This document shows positions 1-11,680 of a stretch of DNA of 64,000 nt, piece after piece; positions within the stretch are counted from its first letter, which is position 1, and each line of letters starts with the position of its first letter. The notes beneath the pieces are model-generated. The model saw only the letters and a list, made by a program, of their open reading frames with translations, was not told the DNA's origin and did not search any database. This DNA is from Pocillopora damicornis (taxonomy: Eukaryota): positions 1 to 64,000 of the forward strand of contig NW_020847264.1 in assembly GCF_003704095.1 (NCBI RefSeq). Direction: 5' to 3'. A program made the translations under genes and the position numbers.

Positions 1-382
1 CAACCAGGCCTGTAGGGCTGAGTTGACATCATCTCATATACAACAAGCACAAGTGGAATAATTGTTTTATTAAAATAAAACCAAAGTAAAGATAAATAAA
101 TACATTTTTTAGCTCTGTTCTAATTTTGCGCTGATGCATACACTTACCATATTTGTGGAGTGTGGTATAATGGCTCATAACCCATGATGGCTAGGCCCAT
201 GAAACTCTTGAATTGCATTATCCATTGATCTAGTTTTTAATAGTGATGGTTATCAAGTACATCTGACCCACTAGGTCATAGGGTCTTATCCCTCATTGTA
301 AGCAGTTCCTAAGTGTCAACATTTTTGCAGGAGAGTGAATACAGAAACAGTAGTATCTATTTAAAATCATATCATAACTCAC

Positions 383-2032
383 CTTACACGGTCGCCTTCT
401 AGAGCTATAACTCTCTTTATTAAGGCAGCATCAGGATCTGTGGGATCACTAGGTTTATATAAAATAATAAGGGAAATCATAGCAATTACAATCATGTTGT
501 AGCTGTGTTTTGTAAACAGCCAATTGGAATGCCTCCTGTTAGGTTGATTTTAAACCAACCCACCATCTTTTCTTGAATAAGCACCCCCACTCTAATAAGC
601 ACCCTCCCCTCCCCTGAAATAGCACCTACCCTATCAGCTATCAAATTAAACAAGCACCCCCCTCAAATAGTGCCTGCCCCCCCTTCTGGCTCCCCCTCAC
701 TTCCTTAAATAGTTATTAGGATACAAAGAAAACCTGTACGGGATTTGAACCCATGACCTCTGCAATACCAGTGCAGCGCTCTACCAACTGCACTAACAAG
801 CCAACTGGGAGCTGGTCAATGTGTTGGGTCCAAATAAACCATCCAAGAGATGAATGATGATTTTAGATATATGAAATTCATATATTTGGACTGCAGTGAA
901 GAGATGAAATTAGGAGATCCTTGCAGCTAAGAACACCACTGAAATGAGTAAGTAGTTGAAAATAGGATCTGAATAAAAAATTCAGGCCTGTACGGGATTT
1001 GAACCCATGACCACTGCAATACCGGTGCAACAACAGTCTATTGATAACAAGTTAGGGTTAATGTTGGGTTAGGGGAGGGGTAGGTGGGCAGTTGCCCAGA
1101 TACTGATATTGATCCTTAATTAATACTTAAATACATACCCCCCTCCATCAAGCACCCTTCTGCCATGTTAGCCCCCCCCCCCATTTTAGCCAAAATTTTT
1201 AATAAGAGCCCAGATGCTTATTCAAGGAAATATGGTACTGACCTATTTCAAATACTGTGAGCATAATCATTATTCTTTATCCAAGAGTAAATTAGTCTTC
1301 CTGATCTTGTCAGCAAAAATAATGGTAATTAAAATTTCACCCAAATGTGAGGCTTGCAAGGTTTATCTACCTGCACAATGAAGAATGATATTCTAGCCCA
1401 CCTTTCACATAAGAAGCCTGAAATGTTCATACCATTGTCTTTGTTTACACTGAACTGTAGAACTTTTCACTTACGTCAAAGTAACAATGTCTCCTCTGTT
1501 AATTCCTTCAAATCGCCGGACAGCCCAGCTGTTGACAAGCACTACATCACTACTTTTACGTGGATTGGGATTTAAGGTTGGCTGGGCAGAAAAAAAGTTA
1601 ATAACAGCCAATTAATAAAATTAATGAACTATTGATAATATAGAATATTTATATTCTGTTTATATGGCATATTATAAGAAACTCTGCACGCCAAATCTTA
1701 ACCCTATAACTCCTTCATGCGTGACCAATGAGTAATTTTTCTCCACAATATCAACACATTTTCAAACAAAAAGTGATAACACAAAAAATTTCAATCTCAG
1801 AATACAACAACAAATTCTCAGAGCTTAAATTTTGAGATATGTGCGTAAGAGAGTAAGGAAATTTAATATCAAGGAAAGAACTCCTGAAACTCACTTGCAT
1901 AGAGATGCCAGTTACACCTTTGACGCTTCCTACATAGTCCACGAATGTGATAACCACAGGTACACCAATGACAAAACCACGGGTAAACATTCCAAGAACG
2001 TTTATGTATGGTCTCACTCTCTGGTAAACCAT
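383..2032 (-). CDS. IMMP2L: Mitochondrial inner membrane protease subunit 2 (partial; 3' exons outside window)
   Basis: GT-AG exons 2032-1895, 1581-1475 and 448-383 join in frame: ...VGSVKGVTGISMQ|PTLNPNPRKSSDVVLVNSWAVRRFEGINRGDIVTL|TDPTDPDAALIKRVIALEGDRV. This gives the S26 peptidase GxSMQPTL Ser motif and the IKRV Lys motif. Confidence 0.92.
733..1030 (-). mobile_element. Same tRNA-derived family as a partial tandem (unit about 254 bp)
   Basis: CCTGTACGGGATTTGAACCCATGACC at 733 and 987; shares sequence with the 6932-7320 arms and tail. Confidence 0.75.
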
Positions 2033-2330
2033 AGCGATTTATTCAAATGTGCAGTTACTGAAATCTACCAGTCAGTTTATCATATTTTGAGAATGTGAGT
2101 GATAGATCCTCCATGTTGTTTTCCGACTTGCATTCAGGAACGAGAATAGCCTGGGAACAAAACTAGTATCATTCGTACCAGTCCTTTGAAGCTGCGCGTT
2201 CAACATGGCGCATGAGGTTTGTGCGGAAAGCGCGTTTATTTGAAGGTCGTTGAATTGAGTTAAGATTGGTCGAGTTTTAAAATGGTTTCATCAGAAGATA
2301 GTATCATTTTGTTTTAAATTTAACTCAACC
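2033..2330. promoter_or_regulatory. Putative bidirectional promoter, IMMP2L/NUBP1
   Basis: Divergent start codons about 300 bp apart; locally CpG-richer; CAACATGG (YY1-like) on both strands and an ATTGG (reverse CCAAT) box near 2266. Confidence 0.55.
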
Positions 2331-5300
2331 ATGGAGGCGGATGGTGATAGAGCAACTGCGATTGGATGTCCTTCACAGACGGTGAGTTATTCTAGCAACT
2401 TGGGTATCTAAATTTGTAGCAACCTACCATAATTTGGAGGTGATGGTCTGGGTCTGCGTGATGATTGGTCTTCTTTCGTCCTTCTAATCGCTCGGCAGAA
2501 ACATAATACTGACCTTACCATTATCATAAGTGGACCCTCAATAATGGTATGGACCTTGCTTATGCTTCTCAGGGGCGTGGAAGCTACTGGGGTGTAAATG
2601 GGCCTTTTCAAAGAAGGGGGATGGAGGTCACACTGTGCCACACCCAGGGTACCCATGCGAAAGATATTTTTCAGATGAGTATTGAGTGATTGATACTGTG
2701 TAGATCTTCAGGAAGAACCTTCATAATAATTTCTGGAAAGTGTGATGAAGAAAATACAATGATGGTGCCAGGTAACTTTTCATTACACAAGCTGTACCTA
2801 AAGAGTGGCTTCAGGTATAGTCCAGTCAATGTAATTACCATAATATTCTTTTATCAGTCCCTGGCAGGTAAAGCTGCTGTATGTCAAGGATGCCCAGGAC
2901 AGTATCTCTGTAGTCAACAAGGTACATTGTTTTCAAACATTAGATTTTTAAAATAACACATGCACACCATTAACTTGGTTCAAGCTTAAATTTTACAAAT
3001 TATACAAAATATAAGAACACTGTACAGCTAGCTTGGCCTGTTTTTTTTTATATAATTATTATTCTCTGACATACATCATAATTTCTTTGAAAAGATTGAA
3101 TTCCCCCACATGAACATATTTCAAATTGAGGAAAGCTCTTTACTTGCTGGTGTCTCCACAGTGAAATATGATAGAGAAATTATAGAGTAAAATCACTGGG
3201 GGCAAATTGAAATTAGTCCTATTTTGATTGTTGTAAATCTAATCAAACATCAGTTTTTGGCCATGAAAAAAAAATTGAAGTACAGTATATGCAAAGAAAG
3301 GAAAAATTTGGTCACTTGGTTTAAAAGTCCTAAAGCTCATTTTTTACGTTAATGATCAACAGGTGTTTTGGACCCAGATCAAGAGATGATTGATTTGCGA
3401 ATGAATGCAGTCAAACATAAGATTCTTATTTTATCAGGAAAAGGGGGTAATAATGTGTTGTAGTCTTGAATTAATTTCAGATCATAATGATTTAAATCTA
3501 GTATGATTTGATTTTCCTTTGTTCTGGATATGTTACCTTAATTCTTAACAAAGGAAACACAAATCAAGCTGGTTGAATTCACTTATCACTTTCAACTGCA
3601 ATAAATTGTACACGGTACCGCAATATACTATTTTAAGTCAATCAAATTGAAGTTAGTTTCCTAGTTCATTATATTTGAATCTAGGTTTGACTCCTTCTTC
3701 CTTGCACCTGTCTTATCATAAAGGACCTCTTGTTGCAGCATTTAGATCACCTCTGATGTAGGCACCAGACGGGAGTGTCAAAACATTAGGTCTATGAATT
3801 GTAACTTCTCAGTTTCACTCATTAAATCTTTAAACCAGATTAGCATCAAACCATATCTGAGTTTCACTCCTGTTTCAAATTTTTACTTCTTTTTTATGAC
3901 TCATTACACCAATTTTAAAATGAAAAAGTACATGTCATAATTATTGTCGTAAACCATCTTAATTCATTACTAAAGCTGCCTATTTTCTTGCATGGTTAAC
4001 CCTTTAATTCCCAGAAGTGATCAACATGAAACTTCTTCCGATAATATCCTTACATTATCCTGCAAACAGCTAATGAGAATATTCAAACTTATCAGGTAGA
4101 AGTTGTTGTCTTGATCCAACACCAAATTCTCATAACTAATCTACGGGGATATGTGCAATAGCTAGAAGGGAGAATTACTAATTAGAACTTGGCAGTGAAA
4201 GGGTTAAGTAATGGGAAAAGGTTAACATTATGGCCAAGACTGAAGGAGTTGGAAGGGCTGAAAATTCCTTACAACTTACCAGCGTGGATATCTTTCTCAA
4301 AATGTCCAAGATCCAAGCATGGTGATTATTAAATCGGGAGATATTGCAGGTGGATACTTAGCATAATATTTTGTAATTAGCTTCCAACCAACAGGATTAC
4401 ATATTCTAAGCCCATTGGAATTCTACAGCACCATTAGGAATCAAAATAAAATTACAAACCACATAATTAATCAGTGAAGATTTTTTTTTTAAATCTGGAT
4501 TTTTGTAGGAGTTGGTAAATCAAGTGTGGCTTCTAATCTTAGCATGGCTCTTGCTAACATGGGCCAAAAGGTAACATTATAAGACATGAGGTACTACATC
4601 TAGTAAGGGTAGAGCCGGTGTACACTGAAAATATTTTTTACATGTGTTACTGTGTACAAGGACAGAAGTATTATAAATGTCAAAACCACTTAACCTTTAA
4701 CCCTTAAGAGCGATTAGCATCTAATTTCCCCTTATAATATCAGCCCTGAATCAAACATTAAGGTCATGAGAATAAAGGAAATGATCAACAAGTACAGGAG
4801 CTCTTGATTGTTGAGCAAAATCTCCTTGTCAGCACCCTAAGAAATGTATGGAGAACAGTATGGAGATTATGTATAATGATGTTAGGTTGTAAAGGGTTGA
4901 TGAAAAACCAGGTATTTTGCAGTCGTGTAAATTTTTATATCCTGACTGAGGGATATACAGTCTGTTTCGCTTGAACTCATTGTAGTATTGAGAGGCTTTA
5001 TTTAATTCTAGTAATTCTTTCTCTGATCAGTAAAAGAAGGATATTTATTTGAATGAAAAAAAAATTGACAGGGTTAGTGGCACTTTAATGTCAATGTTGG
5101 GGGAAACATTATACAACTCAACCTCTCAGTTTTGTACTTGAAATAAGCCACTTTTCTTAAGAGTTCAAACTATCTACACTCCACCATACATCACAAATAC
5201 AGTGGCCAAATAAACTCTTAGGGGATGCATTAACTATACAATGAACATGTTGCTGGTCAAAGTGGAATTCAGGTTAAACCCTTTACACCCTAACATCAAT

Positions 5301-8300
5301 ATGCATATTCTCCACACTGTTCTCTATACATTCCCTAAGGTGCTGACAAGGAGAATTTGGTAAACAATCAATTGCTTCTTTGGCTGGTGATCATTTCTTT
5401 TTTTTCTTTTGATCTTGATGTGTGATTCAGGAGTGATATTGTAAGGAGATAAATATTAGATTCTAGTCATTCTTATCGGTTAGAGGGTTAAAATGATTTC
5501 AGACTAGGTTGATTTGTATTTCTTTGATTTTAAAACAATCAAAATCATAATTTTTTATTAATGAAATGAAATACAAATTGTAAGGTAGTTACAAATATGT
5601 TTGACCCAAATTCACTTTATTTAAATGACATTTGGTAAATTGGGACAAATTTTAACTTTGGTTTAGGTGGGGTTAGTGGACTTGGACATTTGTGGTCCAA
5701 GTGTACCAAAGCTAATGGCAGTTGAAGGACAACAAGTCATTAACTCACCATATGGATGGACTCCTTTGAAGTAAGAATGAATACATACTTCTAACNNNNN
5801 NNNNNNNNNNNNNNNNNNNNNNNNNNNNNNNNNNNNNNNNNNNNNNNNNNNNNNNNNNNNNNNNNNNNNNNNNNNNNNNNNNNNNNNNNNNNNNNCTTTT
5901 TTTGTTGGAAATTAACTAGTGTGAATATTGAAGGGCTGCGGAAAAAGATAGTGCCAAAGATTTAATTGTAAATAGAATATGAAAGATGGTATTTTTAAGC
6001 TCGGTATCGTTAATAAATGGAGAAGGATGTTTTTCGTCTTGTCTCGAGCGAGACACAAAGAAAAAGTTCCATGAGAAATCGAACCTCAGACCTTCACATT
6101 CCTCGCTCTGATGCTCTACCTCTGGGCCATAGAGATTCTATGGTGAGCAAGGCCCTTTACAAAGTTCATATAATTGGAAGACAAAATTTGACCTTATCAG
6201 GTATTTGATTGTTTCTCAATACGAACTTTCAAAACTAGACAAAAACTCTCAATTGCTGTTAAGGATATGACGTCTTTGAAGACCCTGCGGCTGACAACCG
6301 GGCGAGAGGAAACTATTATTCAATTGAGTACCGGAAGTAATCCGCAATTGCTTTGGTTATATCTAACTTTGCTCTGTGATTGGCCATCCTCTCAACCAAT
6401 CAGATGCAAAACTAAAAACAATCGCGTCTTGATCAATCGCATTTTCCCACGCTTCAAGCAGTTTGTTTGTTTTCACTTCGAGTTTTCATCAGCTCACCCG
6501 TGAGATATCGAGTTCAACACTCGAAGAGAAATTCTCTATCTACGCGCGCCATGTATTATTCTCTATTTAACAGACACACCACCCGGCACATCAGATGAAC
6601 ACCTAACTGTTGTCAAAGCACTGAAAAACGTCAATCCTGATGGAGCTGTCGTGGTTACGACGCCTCAAGAGGTTGCGTTGGCAACGATTCGCAAGGAGCT
6701 GAATTTTTGCCGAAAGATGGATTTGACAGTGTTAGGTATCGTGGAAAATATGAGTGGCTTTGTTTGCCCGTACTGTCAGGTATGTTAAGTATTTAAGCTA
6801 TATAACAAACTGCTTGCGCTTGCTCCTTGTGTTGTTAACACAACCCTTGAGATAGTTGCCAGCAATCAACCTTTACAAGGTGCTAATTATATTTATATCT
6901 TTTGTTTAGTTTGAGTTACGAAGCAGTTATGTGAATGAATGTGATCCTCGCAGTAATGTGCACTACTTAGGCAGTAGTGAAAATAAGGCCTGAAAAAAAT
7001 TCAGGCCTGTGCGGGATTTGAACCCATGACCTCTGCGATACCGGTGCAGTGCTCTACCAACTGAGCTAACAAGCCAACTGGGAGCTGGTCATGATGTTGG
7101 TCATGATCATGACCAGCTCCCAGTTGGCTTGTTAGCTCAGTTGGTAGAGCACTGCACCGGTATCGCAGAGGTCATGGGTTCAAATCCCGCACAGGCCTGA
7201 ATTTTTTTCAGGCCTTATTTTCACTACTGCCTAAGTAGTGCACATTACTGCGAGGATCACATTCATTCACGTCTTTATCCGCAGTTCAAATATATGACTT
7301 TCATATATTCTTAACCGTTTGAAGCAGTTATGGTTTATGTTTTTTCACTGGCTTAAGAATAAACGCACTCTGTTAAAATTGCTTTATTGTGTTGATAAAC
7401 GTTCAGGAATGTTCAAACCTGTTTTCTTCTGGTGGCGCTGAAAGACTCGCTAGTGAAAATGGTCTTCGTCTCCTTGCAAAAATCCCGTTAGATCAGGTAT
7501 TATATAAAAAAAAAACTTATTATAGTCATTTTTTATGATAGTGACGTTTTGTTGTTGCTGTTAATGATGATGGTGATCATAATAATAGTACTGTAGTTAT
7601 TGGTGTTGTTGATGTTGTTTGTCTTTTTGACTTGATGATGCCAACGATGGCGATGACTGTGATGCTGAAGCTTCTACTGATACTGACCTCTATTAGGCAG
7701 CCAGCTACGTGGAATGCAAAAACCCAAAAGTCATTTTCTCTCAAGCTCTGTAAAAATAGAATTTCTTTTAGAACAAGTTTCAATAGGGTGTCAAAAGTAG
7801 TCGGAATGGCTTTAGTTTTGCTTTATCTCGCCGCGTGACTGGTCCAGATTACTCACGCCACTTTTTTCAACCAATCAGATTCAAAACTAAAACCAATCGA
7901 GACATAGTCACTCGCGTTTTCCCGCGCTTTAGATAGTTTACTTGTTTTGAATTTTAGATCTCATTGGCTCCTTGTGACGTTTTCCTTTCTCTGATTGGTT
8001 GTCAATTAGTTTTGGTTTTACGACGCTAAGTCGTAATGCGCTCTTAGTGGCACAAAGTTCACTTATGTGTGAGCCGAATATGTCTGCCTCTTTGGGAGAG
8101 AGAGGTCTGGGTTTGGAAAGCTATTTCGCATACACTTAAACGAGGAAACTATGAGGATTTATTTGTTTTCAGACCTATACTTTCTCGTAAACGGGAGCTT
8201 TTAACGTTTCACTGTGTTTTTGCTTTTTGCTGTAGCTTGTCAGAAACCACCATTTCGATAAATTATTTGCATGACACGCAAGTTTTTCTTACATTCGAAA

Positions 8301-8456
8301 TACTTTTTAAAAATGTTTTTACCCTCCTCTTCATAGAACCTGTGCGTTTGTTGTGAACAAGGTTCGAACATTTTCGAATCATTTCCAGAATCACCCGCGG
8401 GAACTGCGCTACAGTCTCTGGCAGCAAAGTTAGTCGGAAAGATGAAACCGGAATGA
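2331..8456 (+). CDS. NUBP1: Cytosolic Fe-S cluster assembly factor NUBP1/Nbp35-like (middle exon(s) lost in gap 5796-5895)
   Basis: Exons approx 2331-2381, 2858-2921, 3363-3446, 4509-4570, 5667-5770, 6574-6779, 7408-7496, 8337-8456. N-terminal [11 protein letters not shown] cluster, P-loop [46 protein letters not shown]. Confidence 0.88.
3996..4207. mobile_element. piggyBac-type MITE of about 205 bp (TTAA|CCC...GGG|TTAA)
   Basis: TTAA at 3996-3999 and 4204-4207 flanking CCCTTT../..AAAGGG ends. Confidence 0.7.
6932..7320. mobile_element. Palindromic tRNA-derived element in NUBP1 intron, 12-bp TSD
   Basis: Perfect 165-bp arms 6931-7095 and 7106-7270, 50-bp unpaired tail, GAAGCAGTTATG at 6920-6931 and 7321-7332. 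Confidence 0.85.
7126..7198 (+). pseudogene. tRNA-like cloverleaf (GGT anticodon, Thr-like) within the palindromic element; mirrored on the - strand
   Basis: Acceptor stem GGCTTGT/ACAGGCC, A box TAGCTCAGTTGG, B box GGTTCAAATCC; the anticodon loop lacks U33 and stems carry mismatches. Confidence 0.65.
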
Positions 8457-9477
8457 CGTCATCTTGACTTATATTTCGTCCTCTCTGGTGATTGCTGGTC
8501 GTGCATCGTCGCACAAGTTTATCTTAACAAAATTGTTTTAAATCCAGTAATCTGAAATGCTCTGGGACTAAGTGTTGATATTATAGAGTAACAGAAGAAG
8601 TAACAAAAAAATCAAAATGGGGAACGCGAGTTTAGTCTCGTCACGCAATCAATAGAACGTGGCGTGACAAAGCAACGAATTCCGGGTACCAAAAATTTGT
8701 GAACAGCTAGTGTAAAGCGAATGTTAATATTTAATTAAAGTTTCATTTTTATGGGGATCTAAAAGATTATAGCAATATTTCAGACATGAATAATACTAAA
8801 ATTATGGTTGAATAAGCAGTTTGTTTATATCTTTAACTTATTTGAAAAGCCCTGTATAATGATGCGTTTGAAGATATTGTTTTATAAATTATGTATAGTC
8901 AATTGTAAGCCAGTTATCACTCAAATATTTTACAGGATTTGATGACTAGTACTTTCCGGACTATTTGTTAAGTAGTGCATAATTTAGGAAAATGATTGAA
9001 AACTTATTTCAAGTCTAGTGATTTTTTTTTTAATACTAAATGTGCCACCGTAGTCGGACCGTACGGTGTAGAAGCGTAGTGAGGCCATTTTTGACAAGAA
9101 ATTTCTAGAAATTTGAAAATAAAGTAATAAAAGTAGTAAAGTGAGATCTTTATATGTGATTATGTCTTTCATATCGCAGCGTAAGACTCAAGCTAACAAT
9201 CGTGAGTTGCTCTGGTTAAGGATGTTTGAATTTTTTATCTCTTACGTTACTAAAGGTTGTTTTGCACGTAATTATGTTTATAGGAGGTCCACGTTCCTAC
9301 AAGGCAGATGTTATGCTGGCTATTACCTGTATCTATTGTTAGAATCAGAGGTGATTTTTTATTTATTTCTCAGTTTCAAACGCGTAGTTTGAATTGATTT
9401 CAAGGAGAGTTTACCAAATCCCAGGCGCCTTTAAAATTTGAATATTGCGTGACCGAAGCACTATCCAAACATCCAAT

Positions 9478-10158
9478 ATGGCGACTGCATCAAAAACAAC
9501 GGTTCGTGATCTCGGTAACTTACAGTGACTTCCAAAGGAAGAGAAAACCTTCTTAACAAAGGACCTAAAAAACAGGAGTTTGTTTCCAGCTCTGCCAGAG
9601 CCAGATGAAGATGACTGGCTGTCGTCGCACTCTGAAATGAAAGAGACGCATGATTCTTGGTGGCAAAGATTTCAATCTGTCATTTCGCCCGTCAGAGAGA
9701 GGAAGAAAAAAATATATCTTGTGCCTCTGGGAGAAAAATGGGCGACCTCTGAAGTAGAACTGGATAAAATTGGCACTAAAGAAAGCTTTTTATCGCTTCT
9801 ACAACGATTTGCGAGTGTATTTTTCACCGGTTTTCAAGTTGTTGTCCTTTCGTCTGTTTCCATAGCGGAACTGAAGTGTAAGACACGACGGCATGGCGGA
9901 CATAGGCAGCTATTAATTCCAGATATCTATAAATACCTCCAAAGTAAATGGCCTTCTGACGCTTTCTGCGTTGTGGGGATCACAATGATGGATTTGTACC
10001 CGAGGGAGAGCTGGAATTATGTGTTCGGACAGGCCTTACCTTCAGCCGGTGTCGGAGTGTTCAGTTTTGCAAGATACGATCCACTCTTTCACGAAAAAGA
10101 TAGCACGAAAGCCTTGTCATCCAACACGAGTACCCTTGTGTTGTGGAGAAGTTGTAAG
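9478..10158 (+). CDS. AMZ2: Archaemetzincin (AMZ2-like) zinc metalloprotease, first exon; in-frame TGA at 9526-9528, downstream exons not visible (possible pseudogene or null allele)
   Basis: Motifs DDWLSSHSE, KIYLVPLG, DAFCVVGITMMDLYPRESWNYVFGQA, GVGVFSFARYD and LWRSCK followed by a GT donor. An ATG at 9478 is in frame with ORF 9580..10167 but codon 17 is TGA. Confidence 0.8.
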
Positions 10159-10390
10159 GTATATTAGATCTTTAGCCCCTAAAATTTACTAACATCTAAT
10201 TTCTCCTTCCAAAATCAGCCCTAAATCAAATATTAAGGTCACGAGAATAAAGGAAATGATCACCACCTAAAGAAAAAATTGATTGTTAAATAAATTCTCC
10301 TGGTCAGCGCCTTAGGAAATGTTTAGAGAACAGCATTGAGAATATGCATACTGATGTTAAAGTGTAAAGTGATCAGAGATGATTTCTTCC

Positions 10391-10601
10391 TTAACCTTTT
10401 AACTCCCATGAGTGACCAAAACACAATTTCTCCTTAAAATATCAATACAATATCAACCAGGTAAGTAATGAGAATAAAGAAAAGTATCAATGTGGGGATA
10501 ATTAGTTGATCCAACACTAAATTCTCTGAACTAACATTCTAAGACTTGTATGGTTGACAGTAAGGAGAATTACAAATTTGATGAGGGAGTTAAAGGGTTA
10601 A
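10391..10601. mobile_element. piggyBac-type MITE, same family
   Basis: TTAA-CCTTTTAACTCCC ... GGGAGTTAAAGGG-TTAA. Related copies near 4690-4900, 5275-5491, 10170-10370, 19785-19985, 33280-33474, 36474-36660, 40326-40510 and 50638-50845. Confidence 0.7.
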
Positions 10602-11063
10602 TCTATTTTTTTTAATCTTAAGAATAGGAGAATTAAGACATTAAGTGATGTAATNNNNNNNNNNGTGCGGTGGGACGTTGGCAAGGCGAGTTGTATGAAG
10701 GGTTTTTATGATACTGGGTCTCCAAAGCAAAGCAAAGCAAAACATTTCACCCTAGTTTTTAATTTACACAAACATGTTTAGTTGACAGCACATGAACTGT
10801 CAGCCATAGGTAGTTGCTTTTGGAGATGGGAGGTGCATTGTCTAACTTCACTATACTAGACAGAAGTCAAATTTGCTTTCAACTGGAAGTTGTTAGCTGA
10901 AATTTGGTAGGATGGGATGTGAAATTAAACAATACTAATTTAGTTTTTCACTCCCAAGATACCTCAGTATTATTAGTAATTCTCCTTACTGTCTACCATA
11001 CAATTCTTATTATGTTAGTTTGGAGAATTTGGAATTGGATTAACTAATAATTCCCTAATTGAT

Positions 11064-11431
11064 ATTGAAGAAATGTAAAATGGTTTCNNNNNNNNNNNNN
11101 NNNNNNNNNNNNNNNNNNNNNNNNNNNNNNNNNNNNNNNNNNNNNNNNNNNNNNNNNNNNNNNNNNNNNNNNNNNNNNNNNNNNNNNGTCACGAAAGTAA
11201 AACGAACTATTGACCTCCTCAACTGTTGCAGCCATTGTCTCCGCGTCCACGGAAACAACGTGCGTGACAGCCGATCACGTGAGACCTAACAATTTTCCCA
11301 TTTATCGCGCAATATTTTCATTTCATTGCGTGATAAAATTTGAAAAGTGGATAGCGTGTCCTCTGTGGGCCACCTCCCGCGTGTTTACACCAGGCTATGT
11401 AAACACGGAAACCATTTTACATTTCTTCAAT
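11064..11431. mobile_element. MITE spanning the gap at 11088-11186
   Basis: ATTGAAGAAATGTAAAATGGTTTC before the gap and its reverse complement GAAACCATTTTACATTTCTTCAAT near 11408-11431. Confidence 0.55.
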
Positions 11432-11680
11432 CACTCACTTATTAGCGTACGTGTAGCCGTCCCCCGCCCCTCCCGCACGCCCCGTTTCACCTTGTTGGGA
11501 AGGGTACGGCTACACGTAGGCTGCTCACTCGTCCACCTGTGAGTACAGGAGTGGCTTCGCCTTTGCCATGTTGAACCTGGGAACTATTATCAGTTTTTTC
11601 ACTGGAACTTAGTCCATCCTCATTCAATGTCGACTGCAAATCGATTTCGTCGAACGGTTATCATCTTTCCTGTCTAAGTC

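Noticed and set aside
7126-7198. Functional tRNA-Thr(GGT) genes
   Set aside because: They lie within a TSD-flanked palindrome, lack U33 and have stem mismatches; this anticodon is generally not used in eukaryotic cytosol.
10782-10860. tag|LTAHELSAI... as the missing archaemetzincin HExxH exon
   Set aside because: No second His or FGLxHC in frame, a weak acceptor and an early stop; probably coincidence.
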